In this document: positions 9,929 to 19,523 of the stretch, in pieces | How positions within the stretch are numbered: the first letter of the stretch is position 1 | Layout of the letters: the number at the start of each line of letters is the position of its first letter | Assembly: GCA_017548165.1 (NCBI GenBank) | Contig: JAFYMW010000007.1 | Location: 1,720 to 65,719 of the forward strand | DNA: 64,000 nucleotides | From: Bacteroidaceae bacterium | Lineage (GTDB): Bacteria > Bacteroidota > Bacteroidia > Bacteroidales > Bacteroidaceae | Reading direction: 5' to 3' | The notes under the pieces: model-generated | What the model was told of the DNA's origin: nothing | Databases searched by the model: none | Seen by the model: the letters and a program-made list of their open reading frames with translations, nothing else | Program-made: the position numbers and the translations under genes

Positions 9929-9974
9929 TGTTGTTTGTTTATTAAAAGTTTGTTATCTTGTTTATTCTCGTTTG

Positions 9975-9982
9975 CAAATATA
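9975..9982 (-). promoter_or_regulatory. -7 box TATATTTG for pckA
   Basis: Reverse complement of caaatata; 47 nt upstream of the ATG at 9928. Confidence 0.6.
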
Positions 9983-10044
9983 ATAATTTCTATCGAAATA
10001 GCATCGAAGTTTTTAGGAAATATATCTGTGAAAGAAGGATTTTG

Positions 10045-10422
10045 CTATCTTAACATTGCAACAATTGCCTCCTTTTGTTCCTGTGTCAGTTCGTTGCGAT
10101 TGAGCAAGAAGCCAACAAAGTCTACAACATCACCCTGAAAATAATCCTCCAGAGCTTTTTCCATTACACGTTGACAATACTCTTCCTTAGATACCTTGGG
10201 AGTATAGTACTGCATTGATCCCACACGTTCTGCCTTGCAAAAACCTTTACGAGCAAGAATTTTCATAAAAGTTGCCGTTGTGGTATATGCCGGTTTGGGT
10301 TCTTCGAACACTTCCTGAATGTCACGAACAAAACCACCCTTGGCAGGGAGTGCCCATAAATTCAACATACACTGAAATTCTGAGCGGGTCATGAATCTAT
10401 TGTCCGTCATTTTTGTTTTCAT
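10045..10422 (-). CDS. BlaI/MecI/CopY-family winged-helix repressor
   Basis: 125 aa; size and pattern (EFQCMLNLW..., ...AYTTTATFMKILARKGF..., YYTPKVSKEEY) fit the Penicillinase_R family. Confidence 0.7.
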   Translation of the reverse strand: MKTKMTDNRFMTRSEFQCMLNLWALPAKGGFVRDIQEVFEEPKPAYTTTATFMKILARKGFCKAERVGSMQYYTPKVSKEEYCQRVMEKALEDYFQGDVVDFVGFLLNRNELTQEQKEAIVAMLR

Positions 10423-10552
10423 GCTTTTTATCTTAAACTTTTTGTTCTAGCTGCAAAGTTAACATATTCATAGCACATACAAAAACGGCAAAGTACACAA
10501 CTAAACACTATCTAAGGGTATTTAAGGATATTTCAGCAAAGTTTATCAGTTT

Positions 10553-12508
10553 TTAACGACCTTTATTCTTAGCCTTCTCTGCATCACGCTCTTTATTGCG
10601 TTCGCGAGGGGTCTTTACTCTATCCGCCTTTTGCTTGATGAGGTTACGAGGTTTCTGCTCCAAGACAGGGATGCCATATACATCCCATGCCTGCTCTACA
10701 TCCCAACCGGCACGCACATTCATTGGTTTAGGGAAATAATGCACCATTTCGGGTTGAGACAAAGTTCCATACTCACCCGTATCCCAAATACCATTAGCAT
10801 TGAAATCGGCAAAGCATCGCATGTAATACGTCTCTGGTCGCAGATAGTAGAACTCTGCCACACCAGTGTTTGAGGCACGTTGCGTGGCCACCACCTTATC
10901 CGAAGCATTAAGCAATTGCACCACCATACAGGTATCTGGACAGATGAGGTTTACTATCAAAGTACCATAGTCTTCGAGTTTCCTAACACGGAATTCAGTT
11001 TTTGACTTACGATTAACATGACCCATCACACCCACTATAGCGGCAGAGTCGACATGAAGAACATACCTCTGATCAGGCTTCCATTCGGCATATAAAGTAT
11101 ATACATTTGCCTTATGACTTGCTGGCAAAAGAATATGGGCTTCCTCGTACAAACTGGAATCCTTTGCAAGAAATAGGTGTATTCCAGCCGTATCTACACT
11201 TACAATAGGTTCATTAATCTGAATACTAATATTTTTATTGGGATCCAATGCTCCTATTGGGGTCACCCTCATTTCAAGGAACTCCTTTTCGTACGGATTG
11301 TCTTCGTGGGGAAGAGGTGTCTTGCTCCTTTTTATCTGTTTGGCACGCTCTTTGTTCCATTCCTCAATCCTCTTTTGACGTTCCTCGCTAACTTTTTTCC
11401 AACCCTTACGAGCGACAAGCATGAACGTATCTGTCCGCCATGACAATTCTCCCAAGGAATCAGTTTCCATACTGCGCATCTCAAACTCCAAACTATCAGT
11501 TCTATGAGTCAAGGTGGTGTCTGTTATCCAATATGTCAAGGTATCATTCTTCTCACTTGCCTCAAGTACAAGACAGGAATCGTCAAAATTCAAGCCTCTG
11601 ATTACAGGCAAGGTGTCCATTGGTGCGGTAAAATACAAACGAAACCAATCCACACCAGGACGTTCGTTTTTCAACAAATGCAAATCCTGCTTACCCTCTA
11701 GAAACGACCTGAGAAGTATGTTGTCTGGATAGTAATGAGTATAGGGAACCACCCTAATGGAGTCGTAGTATATCGTATCGCGCCAGCATGTATCCATCCT
11801 AAGGTCTGGCTTACTGCTAGGAATATAAATAGTGGTATCAAATGCCACCGCCTCTGACTTTTGGCTATATTTGAAGTCACCATCACCATCCTGTAGCGCA
11901 AAAGCCCTGTATCTACCTGGCGCAATGCCCTTAATAGTGAAAAAACCACTTCCATTAGTACGAGATATACGCATGAAAGGCTTGGTTCGAAACAGACTAT
12001 CGTTATAAAGACTATCTACAGGATAAAGTCCAACAAGCATACCCTTAACTGGTTCCAAATTCTCTGCGGCGAGTACATGCCCAGACATTTCCATCGTGTC
12101 AATAGTAGCACCTGTGCTAAAACTATAGGTATAAAAACCCATAGGGTTGCCCTCGTTGTTATCCTCAATGGCGTCGCTAAAATCTACGGTATAAGTGGTA
12201 TTGGCCTGCAAGGAATCATAAAGTGTTACCTTTATAATCTTTCCTGCAGCCCTGACATTAGCCACCTCCAATTGTGGAGGAGAGATGACAACCTTCTCAT
12301 TGGCATTGGCAAGCTTAACATATTCGTTGAAAAATATGTTGATATTCTTGCTCTTGACATTAACACCCTTGTCGGAAGGTGTTGCTCTGACGACCTCTGG
12401 TGGTTCCTCATCATAACGCCCACCATCGGGACTTCCGATATTGGCGCATGAAATAAAGGTGAGCAATATGATTAATAGCGAAAGAAACTGTTTCGTGGTT
12501 CTCTGCAT
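10553..12508 (-). CDS. Ig-like-domain lipoprotein (SbsA_Ig/Big_5-type N-domain), basic C-terminal tail
   Basis: Lipobox FISC|ANIGSPDGG. PPEVVRATPSDKGVNVKSKNINIFFNEYVKL is typical of the family. The C-terminus is KTPRERNKERDAEKAKNKGR. Confidence 0.6.
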   Translation of the reverse strand: MQRTTKQFLSLLIILLTFISCANIGSPDGGRYDEEPPEVVRATPSDKGVNVKSKNINIFFNEYVKLANANEKVVISPPQLEVANVRAAGKIIKVTLYDSLQANTTYTVDFSDAIEDNNEGNPMGFYTYSFSTGATIDTMEMSGHVLAAENLEPVKGMLVGLYPVDSLYNDSLFRTKPFMRISRTNGSGFFTIKGIAPGRYRAFALQDGDGDFKYSQKSEAVAFDTTIYIPSSKPDLRMDTCWRDTIYYDSIRVVPYTHYYPDNILLRSFLEGKQDLHLLKNERPGVDWFRLYFTAPMDTLPVIRGLNFDDSCLVLEASEKNDTLTYWITDTTLTHRTDSLEFEMRSMETDSLGELSWRTDTFMLVARKGWKKVSEERQKRIEEWNKERAKQIKRSKTPLPHEDNPYEKEFLEMRVTPIGALDPNKNISIQINEPIVSVDTAGIHLFLAKDSSLYEEAHILLPASHKANVYTLYAEWKPDQRYVLHVDSAAIVGVMGHVNRKSKTEFRVRKLEDYGTLIVNLICPDTCMVVQLLNASDKVVATQRASNTGVAEFYYLRPETYYMRCFADFNANGIWDTGEYGTLSQPEMVHYFPKPMNVRAGWDVEQAWDVYGIPVLEQKPRNLIKQKADRVKTPRERNKERDAEKAKNKGR

Positions 12509-12514
12509 CTTAGC

Positions 12515-14029
12515 TTATTGATTTCTGTTGAGTTTCAACATTTCTTCTATATATGCTCTACCATTGGAAAGTCTGGGAACCTTGTGTTGGCCTCCCAACT
12601 TGCCCTTGGAAGCAAGCCAATCGTGAAAAAGTCCTGGTCGAGCCACAACAAGCTCCAATGGCTGAAGCGTGATGTCCTTGTAGCGTTTTGCCTCATAGTC
12701 GGAATTTACTTGCTGTAGTGTTTGATCCAAGATGGTGGAGAAGAGTTGGACATCATCCGGTTTTTTGGCAAATTCCACCAACCATTGATGGCGGCACTTG
12801 CCATCGCCATCCATAAACACTGGAGCTGCCGTATATTCCTGAACCTGAGCACCCGTCTGTCGGCAAGCCTCGGCCAAACCAACTTCGGCATTGTCAACGA
12901 TGAGTTCCTCGCCAAAGGCATTGATAAAAAACTTTGTACGTCCAGTAATAACTATCTTGTATGGATTTAACGAAGTGAAACGTACGGTATCGCCAATCAT
13001 ATAGCGCCAAAGACCACTGGAAGTACTTATCACCATAGCATAGTTCTTGCCCTTCTCCACACCCCACAAAGGCACAACGTGAGGATTAGGGTTCTCTATC
13101 TCATCCATAGGTATGAATTCATAGAATACGCCATAGTCCACCATCAGGCTCATAGACACATCGGAAGGATCGTCTTGAATACCAAAAAAACCCTCACTGG
13201 CATTATACGTTTCCATATAGTGCATATTTGCAGAGGGGATTAATTTCTTATACTGCTCTCTATATGGAGTGAAAGCAACACCACCGTGAAAGAACATCTC
13301 AAGATTTGGCCATACCTCACAGAGGTTATCCTTTCCGGTAATCTCCAATACTCTGGTCATAACAGAGAGCATCCACGAAGGCACACCACTGAGATTGCTA
13401 ACATTCTCATTTATAGCTTCATGGGCTATCCTATCACGCTTTATCTCAAAATCCGACAATAATGCAGTGGATTTCTTGGGCACTCTAACGAGATTTACCA
13501 AAGGATTGATGTTTTCAATAAGAATAGCACTGAGGTCGCCCACCAAAGAATTCTTCAGATTATAATTGGGAGCATGACTTCCACCCAATATAAGTGCCTT
13601 GCCATCAAAAATCCTACTTTGGGGATTATTAGCCAGATACCATGCCACAGCATCCCTGCCACCAGCATAATGCGTATCCTTGAGCGCATCCTTACTTACG
13701 GGAATGAACTTACTCTTGTCGTTAGTCGTACCACTAGACTTTGCATACCATCGTACATGCCCAGGCCACAAAATATCTGTCTCGCCCTGACGCATACGAT
13801 CTATGGCATGCTTCAGGTCTTCATAAGTATTGACTGGCGATGTTGATGCAAAGTCTTCATAACTAAGCAAAGAGGCAAAACCATGCTCTCTTCCCCATTC
13901 AGTATCCTTAGCCTTACTGACCAGCTTCTGGAGCACCTCCATCTGCAGATGCTCTGCCTGACTCTGATATTTGTCCAGCGTCTTTTTTCTCTGCGCAAAT
14001 AATGGACGTAGTATCTGTGTTAGTGCCAT
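12515..14029 (-). CDS. GH3-family (acyl-acid amido synthetase-like) protein
   Basis: 504 aa; AKSSGTTNDKSKFIPVS adenylation motif and overall GH3 'auxin-responsive promoter' family layout. Confidence 0.8.
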   Translation of the reverse strand: MALTQILRPLFAQRKKTLDKYQSQAEHLQMEVLQKLVSKAKDTEWGREHGFASLLSYEDFASTSPVNTYEDLKHAIDRMRQGETDILWPGHVRWYAKSSGTTNDKSKFIPVSKDALKDTHYAGGRDAVAWYLANNPQSRIFDGKALILGGSHAPNYNLKNSLVGDLSAILIENINPLVNLVRVPKKSTALLSDFEIKRDRIAHEAINENVSNLSGVPSWMLSVMTRVLEITGKDNLCEVWPNLEMFFHGGVAFTPYREQYKKLIPSANMHYMETYNASEGFFGIQDDPSDVSMSLMVDYGVFYEFIPMDEIENPNPHVVPLWGVEKGKNYAMVISTSSGLWRYMIGDTVRFTSLNPYKIVITGRTKFFINAFGEELIVDNAEVGLAEACRQTGAQVQEYTAAPVFMDGDGKCRHQWLVEFAKKPDDVQLFSTILDQTLQQVNSDYEAKRYKDITLQPLELVVARPGLFHDWLASKGKLGGQHKVPRLSNGRAYIEEMLKLNRNQ

Positions 14030-14810
14030 TGTTTATCTTCTTAACCTCTTGTAATACTTTTTTCTTTAAAGAACTATTCTTCTTCAGCCTTGCCAAAGCC
14101 ATTTCTGCGGCCTTTTGGTGACTTTCCTTTTTACTATAACCCTGACCTCTGCCACATTCCACTCCCGAAACGAGTACTCGCGACAGAAATTGAGGTGACA
14201 TAGTGTCTTTATCTCTATTTTCTTCCAACAATTCGAACTTGGCCTCAACACGATACCTTTGACACCACTCAAGAAGTTTGCTCTTGAAGTTGGAATCTCT
14301 GTATGCTATTTTATCCAGGTTGATGTACTTGCCAAGTATACGATTTCTTACGAACCACTTACAATATTCATACCCTCTATCCAAATACACAGCTCCCACA
14401 AGAGCTTCAAAGGCATTACCTGCCATATAACTATTATGGGTTTTGGACATCAGGTTACTCTGAACCAAGTCGGTCAATCCCATTTGGTCGGCCAGACTAC
14501 CGAGTGTTTCGCGTTGCACCACCCTACTTCTAACGCTTGTGAGAAAGCCCTCCCTCTCTCCCTGAAAATGATTGTAAAGAATGTCTCCAACAACAGCATC
14601 CAAAATGGCATCACCAAGATATTCCAAACGCTCGTTATGGAGCACACCCTTACCCTCAGCTTTGACAGACAAACTTTTGTGGGTCAAAGCTTGTTGATAA
14701 AGTTCTATCCGTCGTGGATAGAAACCTAAAATACCATAAAAAGAGCGATAAAGCTGCCTGTCCTTACGGAAAGGCAACCTTATCGCATCTATTAAGTTTC
14801 CTGTTTTCAC
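13914..14810 (-). CDS. rnc: ribonuclease III (GTG start; ~50-aa C-terminal tail overlapping the next gene)
   Basis: RNase III signature HNERLEYLGDAILDAVV and a dsRBD ending ...KAAEMALARLKK. The first codon at 14810-14808 is GTG. Confidence 0.93.
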   Translation of the reverse strand: MKTGNLIDAIRLPFRKDRQLYRSFYGILGFYPRRIELYQQALTHKSLSVKAEGKGVLHNERLEYLGDAILDAVVGDILYNHFQGEREGFLTSVRSRVVQRETLGSLADQMGLTDLVQSNLMSKTHNSYMAGNAFEALVGAVYLDRGYEYCKWFVRNRILGKYINLDKIAYRDSNFKSKLLEWCQRYRVEAKFELLEENRDKDTMSPQFLSRVLVSGVECGRGQGYSKKESHQKAAEMALARLKKNSSLKKKVLQEVKKINNGTNTDTTSIICAEKKDAGQISESGRASADGGAPEAGQ

Positions 14811-14834
14811 AGTTTGAATGATAGCGTATTAAAT

Positions 14835-16100
14835 TCAGTCAACGTACTTCTTGAAGATGACACAAGCATTGTGGCCACCAAAACCGAAGGTGTTGCTTAA
14901 TGCAGCTCGCACCTCACGCTCTTGTGCCTTATTGAATGTGAAATTCAACTTGTAGTCAATCTCTGGATCCTCGTCACCCTCTTCATGATTGATAGTTGGA
15001 GGAACGACATTCTCCTTTATAGACATCACGCTAGCCATGGCCTCAACAGCTCCGGCGGCACCCAACAGATGACCTGTCATAGACTTGGTGCTGCTGATAT
15101 TGAGGTTGTAGGCATGCTCGCCAAACAACGTTTTGATGGCCTTAATCTCGCTGACATCGCCAACAGGAGTACTGGTACCATGCACGTTGATATAGTCAAT
15201 ATCCTCGGGTTGCATACCTGCATCGTCCAAAGCATTCTGCATTACCAGCACTGCACCCAATCCCTCGGGATGAGAGGCTGTGATGTGGTGTGCATCGGCA
15301 CTCATACCAGCACCCACCATCTCTGCATATATCTTGGCACCGCGTGCCTTGGCATGTTCCAGTTCTTCAAGAATCAGACAAGCTGCACCTTCGGCAATAA
15401 CGAAACCATCACGGCTGGCACTAAAGGGACGGCTGGCAGTTTCGGGACTTTCATTGCGTGTGCTCAATGCATGCATGGCGATAAAACCACCTACACCGGC
15501 TGTGGTAATTGCCGACTCGGCACCACCGCTGAGAACAATGTTGGCCTTACCAAGACGAATCAAATTGAAAGCATCCGCCAAGGCTGTTGTACTGCTGGCA
15601 CAAGCGCTTGAGGTGATATAATTGGGACCATGAAAACCATACTTGATACTTATGTGTCCAACACAAATATCTGCAATCATCTTTGGCACGAAGAAAGGAC
15701 TGAACTTAGGACCTACAGCATCTGCGGTCTTTGCATATGCTGTCACTTCCTCTTCAAAGGTTTTCATGCCACCGATACCCACACCCATTACCACACCAAC
15801 GCGGTTCTTGTCTAATGCATCAATATCCATTGCGCTATCCTCTACCGCCATCTGTGCGGCTGCCAAGGCATAGTGACAATATGGGTCCATCTTGCGTGCT
15901 TCCTTGCGGTCAATGTACATGTTTACATCAAAGTCCTTGACCTCGCAAGCAAACTGGGTTTTAAATTTCTCTGTATCGAATCGTGTTATAGAAGCAGCTC
16001 CGCTGACACCAGCCAGCATATTCTGCCATGTCTCCTCGGCAGTATTGCCGATGGGGGTTACAGCACCTAAACCTGTAACTACAACTCTCTTCAATTCCAT
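14835..16100 (-). CDS. fabF: beta-ketoacyl-ACP synthase II
   Basis: MELKRVVVTGLGAVTPIGN...; active-site contexts SSACASS, NVHGTSTPVGD and GHLLGAAG. I trimmed the track ORF (to 16148) to the conserved start at 16100. Confidence 0.95.
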   Translation of the reverse strand: MELKRVVVTGLGAVTPIGNTAEETWQNMLAGVSGAASITRFDTEKFKTQFACEVKDFDVNMYIDRKEARKMDPYCHYALAAAQMAVEDSAMDIDALDKNRVGVVMGVGIGGMKTFEEEVTAYAKTADAVGPKFSPFFVPKMIADICVGHISIKYGFHGPNYITSSACASSTTALADAFNLIRLGKANIVLSGGAESAITTAGVGGFIAMHALSTRNESPETASRPFSASRDGFVIAEGAACLILEELEHAKARGAKIYAEMVGAGMSADAHHITASHPEGLGAVLVMQNALDDAGMQPEDIDYINVHGTSTPVGDVSEIKAIKTLFGEHAYNLNISSTKSMTGHLLGAAGAVEAMASVMSIKENVVPPTINHEEGDEDPEIDYKLNFTFNKAQEREVRAALSNTFGFGGHNACVIFKKYVD

Positions 16101-16188
16101 ATATAAAGACAATAGTTGTCTGGCACTCTTCGAAAAACAGAAGAACACCCGACAACTATTATAAGTTTAAGCAGTAAAATACTTCGGA

Positions 16189-16425
16189 TTACTTGTTTTC
16201 GCTCTCAATGTATGCGATTGCATCAGCCACGGTTGAGATCTTCTCAGCCTTGTCATCGGGAATAGTAATGTTAAAGGTCTTCTCAAACTCCATGATCAAC
16301 TCAACGGTATCCAAAGAGTCTGCACCAAGATCGTTGGTGAAGCTTGCCTCGGGCACTACATCAGCCTCGTCAACACCCAACTTGTCTACAATAATCTCCT
16401 TTACTTTTACTTCAATTTCAGACAT
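16189..16425 (-). CDS. acpP: acyl carrier protein
   Basis: 78 aa with the phosphopantetheine site [16 protein letters not shown]. Confidence 0.97.
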   Translation of the reverse strand: MSEIEVKVKEIIVDKLGVDEADVVPEASFTNDLGADSLDTVELIMEFEKTFNITIPDDKAEKISTVADAIAYIESENK

Positions 16426-16951
16426 ATTCTTTACTTTTTAGTTAATTGAATCTATTTGTCATTCTCTTTTCTGGGTGCAAAGTAAAGACATTTTGGCCAC
16501 ATTAACAAGAAAACAGAAAGAAATCTTGCGATATAGTGCTCATTTTGTGTTTTTTTGTGCATTTTAATTGAGGATTTAGCACAATGTGTGCTCAAAAACA
16601 ACAATCAAGCACATTCTATAAAGTTTGAAACTAAACGAGAGCAGGAACATTATTGCTTAAACTATACCGAGTGGAGGGCATTTCAAGAAAAACAAAGGAA
16701 AAACCAACACGAAACAAGCCTAAAATATGGCACGCCACAGACAATCCATTGTCCGAAGCCACACGATACATTGTCTCAAGACAGACAATACATCGTCTCG
16801 ATGCACACGACACATCGTCTGTCGACACACAAAACACAGTTTGCCGACAAATAAGGCGAAGAAGAAAGGGCAATTTTACACTTTTTAGTTATACATACTT
16901 AAAAAACAGCAGATTTCCAAGCATTTATTTTGTTATGCACGCACATATTCG

Positions 16952-16959
16952 TACCTTTG
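16952..16959 (+). promoter_or_regulatory. -7 box TACCTTTG for the dsbD-like gene
   Basis: Context ATTCGTACCTTTGCACC; 25 nt upstream of the ATG at 16984. Confidence 0.65.
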
Positions 16960-16983
16960 CACCCGAATTTAAAATACACTAAA

Positions 16984-18957
16984 ATGATAAAAAGACTTTA
17001 CACCTTATTTATTATTATAGGTGTAGCCTTAGGGGCTATGGCCCAAATGGCAGAACCTGTAAAGTTCTCTGTGTCTGAGAAGATCAACGACAAGGGACAG
17101 TTGGAAATCTCCTTCCGTGGTACTATTGAGGAAGGTTGGCACGTCTACGGCACCAACATTCCCGAAGGCGGCCCCACCGCCACCACCATCACTCTGGAGA
17201 AGCAGGATGGCGTGAAGCCTATTGATGGCATCAAGACCATTGGCGATGTGCATCGTGGTTTGGATCCTATGTTTGGAGTTGAGGTTGAGACCATCGAGAA
17301 AGAAGTAACCTTCGTTCAGACCTACGAGGTTGACAAAGAGGGCTACAACATCAGCGGTTACCTTACCTTTGGTGCATGCAACGACGAGAATTGTCTTCCC
17401 CCAACAACCGTTGACTTTAGTTTCAAGAGCGGCAACACAACAACCACTGAAGCAACAGAAACAAAAGCAGAGGCTGTAGCCGAAACAAACAACACCGCAT
17501 TCGGCAACGACTTGTGGGCACCTGTAACAGGACAGCTTAAGTCCGACGACGATGTTACCAGCCAAACCGATGCATCTCTACTTTGGATTTTCCTCATGGG
17601 TATGGGCGGTGGCCTGTTGGCTTTGCTCACTCCTTGCGTTTGGCCCATCATCCCTATGACCGTAAGCTTCTTCCTGAAGCGTAGCAAGGATAATCGTCGC
17701 AAGGGTGTACAAGATGCCATCACTTATGGTATCTCCATCATTGTGATTTATGTTGGCCTTGGTATGCTTGTTACCGTATGCTTCGGTGCAAGTGCACTGA
17801 ATGCAATGAGCACCAATGCCGTATTCAATATTCTATTCTTCTTACTCTTAGCAGTTTTCGGCTTGAGTTTCCTTGGTGGCTTCGAGCTGACCCTTCCCTC
17901 CTCATGGAGCAATGCCGTAGACTCAAAGGCTGAAAAGACAACCGGTTTGCTCAGCATCTTCCTGATGGCATTTACTCTGTCATTGGTAAGTTTCTCTTGC
18001 ACAGGTCCTATCATCGGTTTCTTGCTTGTTGAGGTTGCTACCAGCGGCTCTACGCTTGCACCTGCGATGGGTATGTTAGGTTTTGCCCTTGCATTGGCAT
18101 TGCCATTCACCCTGTTTGCTCTCTTCCCCACTATGCTGAAGAGCGCACCCCGTAGTGGTAACTGGATGAACAACATCAAGGTGATGCTCGGTTTCCTTGA
18201 GCTCGCTTTCTCTCTGAAGTTCCTCTCTGTTGCTGATTTGGCATACGGTTGGGGTATCCTCGACCGCGAGGTATTCCTTTGCTTGTGGATTCTGTTGTTT
18301 GCAATGATGGGTCTGTATATGCTCAATATCATCCGTCTGCCTCACGACGAGGATGAATACGACGAGGAAGGCAACATTGTTACAAGACCACGCACCGGCA
18401 TCACTCGCTTGCTTATAGGTATATTCTCACTTGCCTTTGCCTTGTATATGGTTCCCGGTTTGTGGGGTGCACCCTGTAAGGCAGTAAGTGCCTTCGCTCC
18501 TCCTATGAACACTCAGGACTTCAATCTACATAGTCAGGAAGTAACTCCCAAGTTCCACGACTACGACATGGCCATGGCTTATGCCAAGGAAAAGAATATG
18601 CCTGTAATGTTGGACTTTACCGGTTATGGTTGCGTGAACTGCCGTAAGATGGAGGCCGCAGTATGGACCGACCCCGAGGTTGCCGAAATCATCAACGACA
18701 AGTATGTATTGGTAACCCTGCACGTCGACGACAAGACTCCTCTGGCAGAACCTATCACGGTTGTGGAAAATGGTCAGGAGCGCAAGTTGCGTACTATTGG
18801 TGATCGTTGGAGCTATTTGCAACGCTACAAGTTTGGAGCCAATGCACAGCCCTTCTATGTACTGCTCACTCCCGAAGGCAAGCCCCTGGCACCAAGCTAT
18901 AGTTACAACGAGGATGTTGATGCCTATATCGAATGGCTCAATAGCGGACTTAAATAA
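16984..18957 (+). CDS. dsbD: DsbD-like thiol:disulfide interchange protein (N-domain + CcdA-type membrane core + C-terminal thioredoxin)
   Basis: Signal peptide ...GAMA|QMAE; membrane Cys motifs LTPCVWP and FSCTGP; C-terminal Trx GYGCVNCRKME. Start moved to ATG 16984, 25 nt after the TACCTTTG box. Confidence 0.85.
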   Translation: MIKRLYTLFIIIGVALGAMAQMAEPVKFSVSEKINDKGQLEISFRGTIEEGWHVYGTNIPEGGPTATTITLEKQDGVKPIDGIKTIGDVHRGLDPMFGVEVETIEKEVTFVQTYEVDKEGYNISGYLTFGACNDENCLPPTTVDFSFKSGNTTTTEATETKAEAVAETNNTAFGNDLWAPVTGQLKSDDDVTSQTDASLLWIFLMGMGGGLLALLTPCVWPIIPMTVSFFLKRSKDNRRKGVQDAITYGISIIVIYVGLGMLVTVCFGASALNAMSTNAVFNILFFLLLAVFGLSFLGGFELTLPSSWSNAVDSKAEKTTGLLSIFLMAFTLSLVSFSCTGPIIGFLLVEVATSGSTLAPAMGMLGFALALALPFTLFALFPTMLKSAPRSGNWMNNIKVMLGFLELAFSLKFLSVADLAYGWGILDREVFLCLWILLFAMMGLYMLNIIRLPHDEDEYDEEGNIVTRPRTGITRLLIGIFSLAFALYMVPGLWGAPCKAVSAFAPPMNTQDFNLHSQEVTPKFHDYDMAMAYAKEKNMPVMLDFTGYGCVNCRKMEAAVWTDPEVAEIINDKYVLVTLHVDDKTPLAEPITVVENGQERKLRTIGDRWSYLQRYKFGANAQPFYVLLTPEGKPLAPSYSYNEDVDAYIEWLNSGLK

Positions 18958-18968
18958 ATAAGTATAAG

Positions 18969-19003
18969 GAAGGGGATGTGAACTTATAGAACACATCCCC
19001 TTA
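18969..19003. terminator. bidirectional hairpin between the dsbD-like gene and hup
   Basis: AAGGGGATGTG - 11 nt - CACATCCCCTT. Confidence 0.7.
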
Positions 19004-19029
19004 TCTTAAATTATAGAAGAAACCTTAAA

Positions 19030-19293
19030 CTACAAGGTCAAATCTGCACCTGGTTTAAACTTAACAACCTTCTTTGCAGGAATCTCGATCATCTCACCTG
19101 TACGAGGATTCTTACCTGTACGAGCAGGACGCTCAGAAACAGAGAAAGTACCAAAACCAACAAGTGCAACCTTGTCATCGTTCTTAACAGCATTAGCGAT
19201 AGCTGCTGTAGTAGCATTCAACGCCTTTGTTGCATCAGCCTTAGTCAAGCCAGAAGCCTCGGCGATAGCATTGATTAAATCAGTCTTGTTCAT
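19030..19293 (-). CDS. hup: HU-family DNA-binding protein
   Basis: 87 aa: MNKTDLINAIAE...GFGTFSVSERPARTGKNPRTGEMIEIPAKKVVKFKPG. Confidence 0.92.
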   Translation of the reverse strand: MNKTDLINAIAEASGLTKADATKALNATTAAIANAVKNDDKVALVGFGTFSVSERPARTGKNPRTGEMIEIPAKKVVKFKPGADLTL

Positions 19294-19357
19294 AGAATTA
19301 GTATTTAATTAGGGTTTATAATGTTATCTTATTGACTATAAAACGTTTTTTGCATAG

Positions 19358-19365
19358 CAAATATA
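19358..19365 (-). promoter_or_regulatory. -7 box TATATTTG for hup
   Basis: Reverse complement of caaatata; 65 nt upstream of the ATG at 19293. Confidence 0.5.
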
Positions 19366-19523
19366 TATATTCTATACATCGTGGGCAAGTTTTAATAGAA
19401 AAAAATACAGTAATTGCATCAAAAGACACCATTATAGCACTAGACAGGCTATGAAAATAGGCCTACAACAATAAAAACATCCTCAAATTTAGCTGTTTCA
19501 ACAGTATAAATACCATCTGCATT

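Noticed and set aside
16555-16982. 99-, 80- and 109-aa ORFs in the acpP / dsbD-like spacer
   Set aside because: They overlap one another in different frames and on different strands. Their His/Thr/Gln/Arg-rich translations are driven by the C/A-rich DNA, and they span the dsbD-like promoter box.
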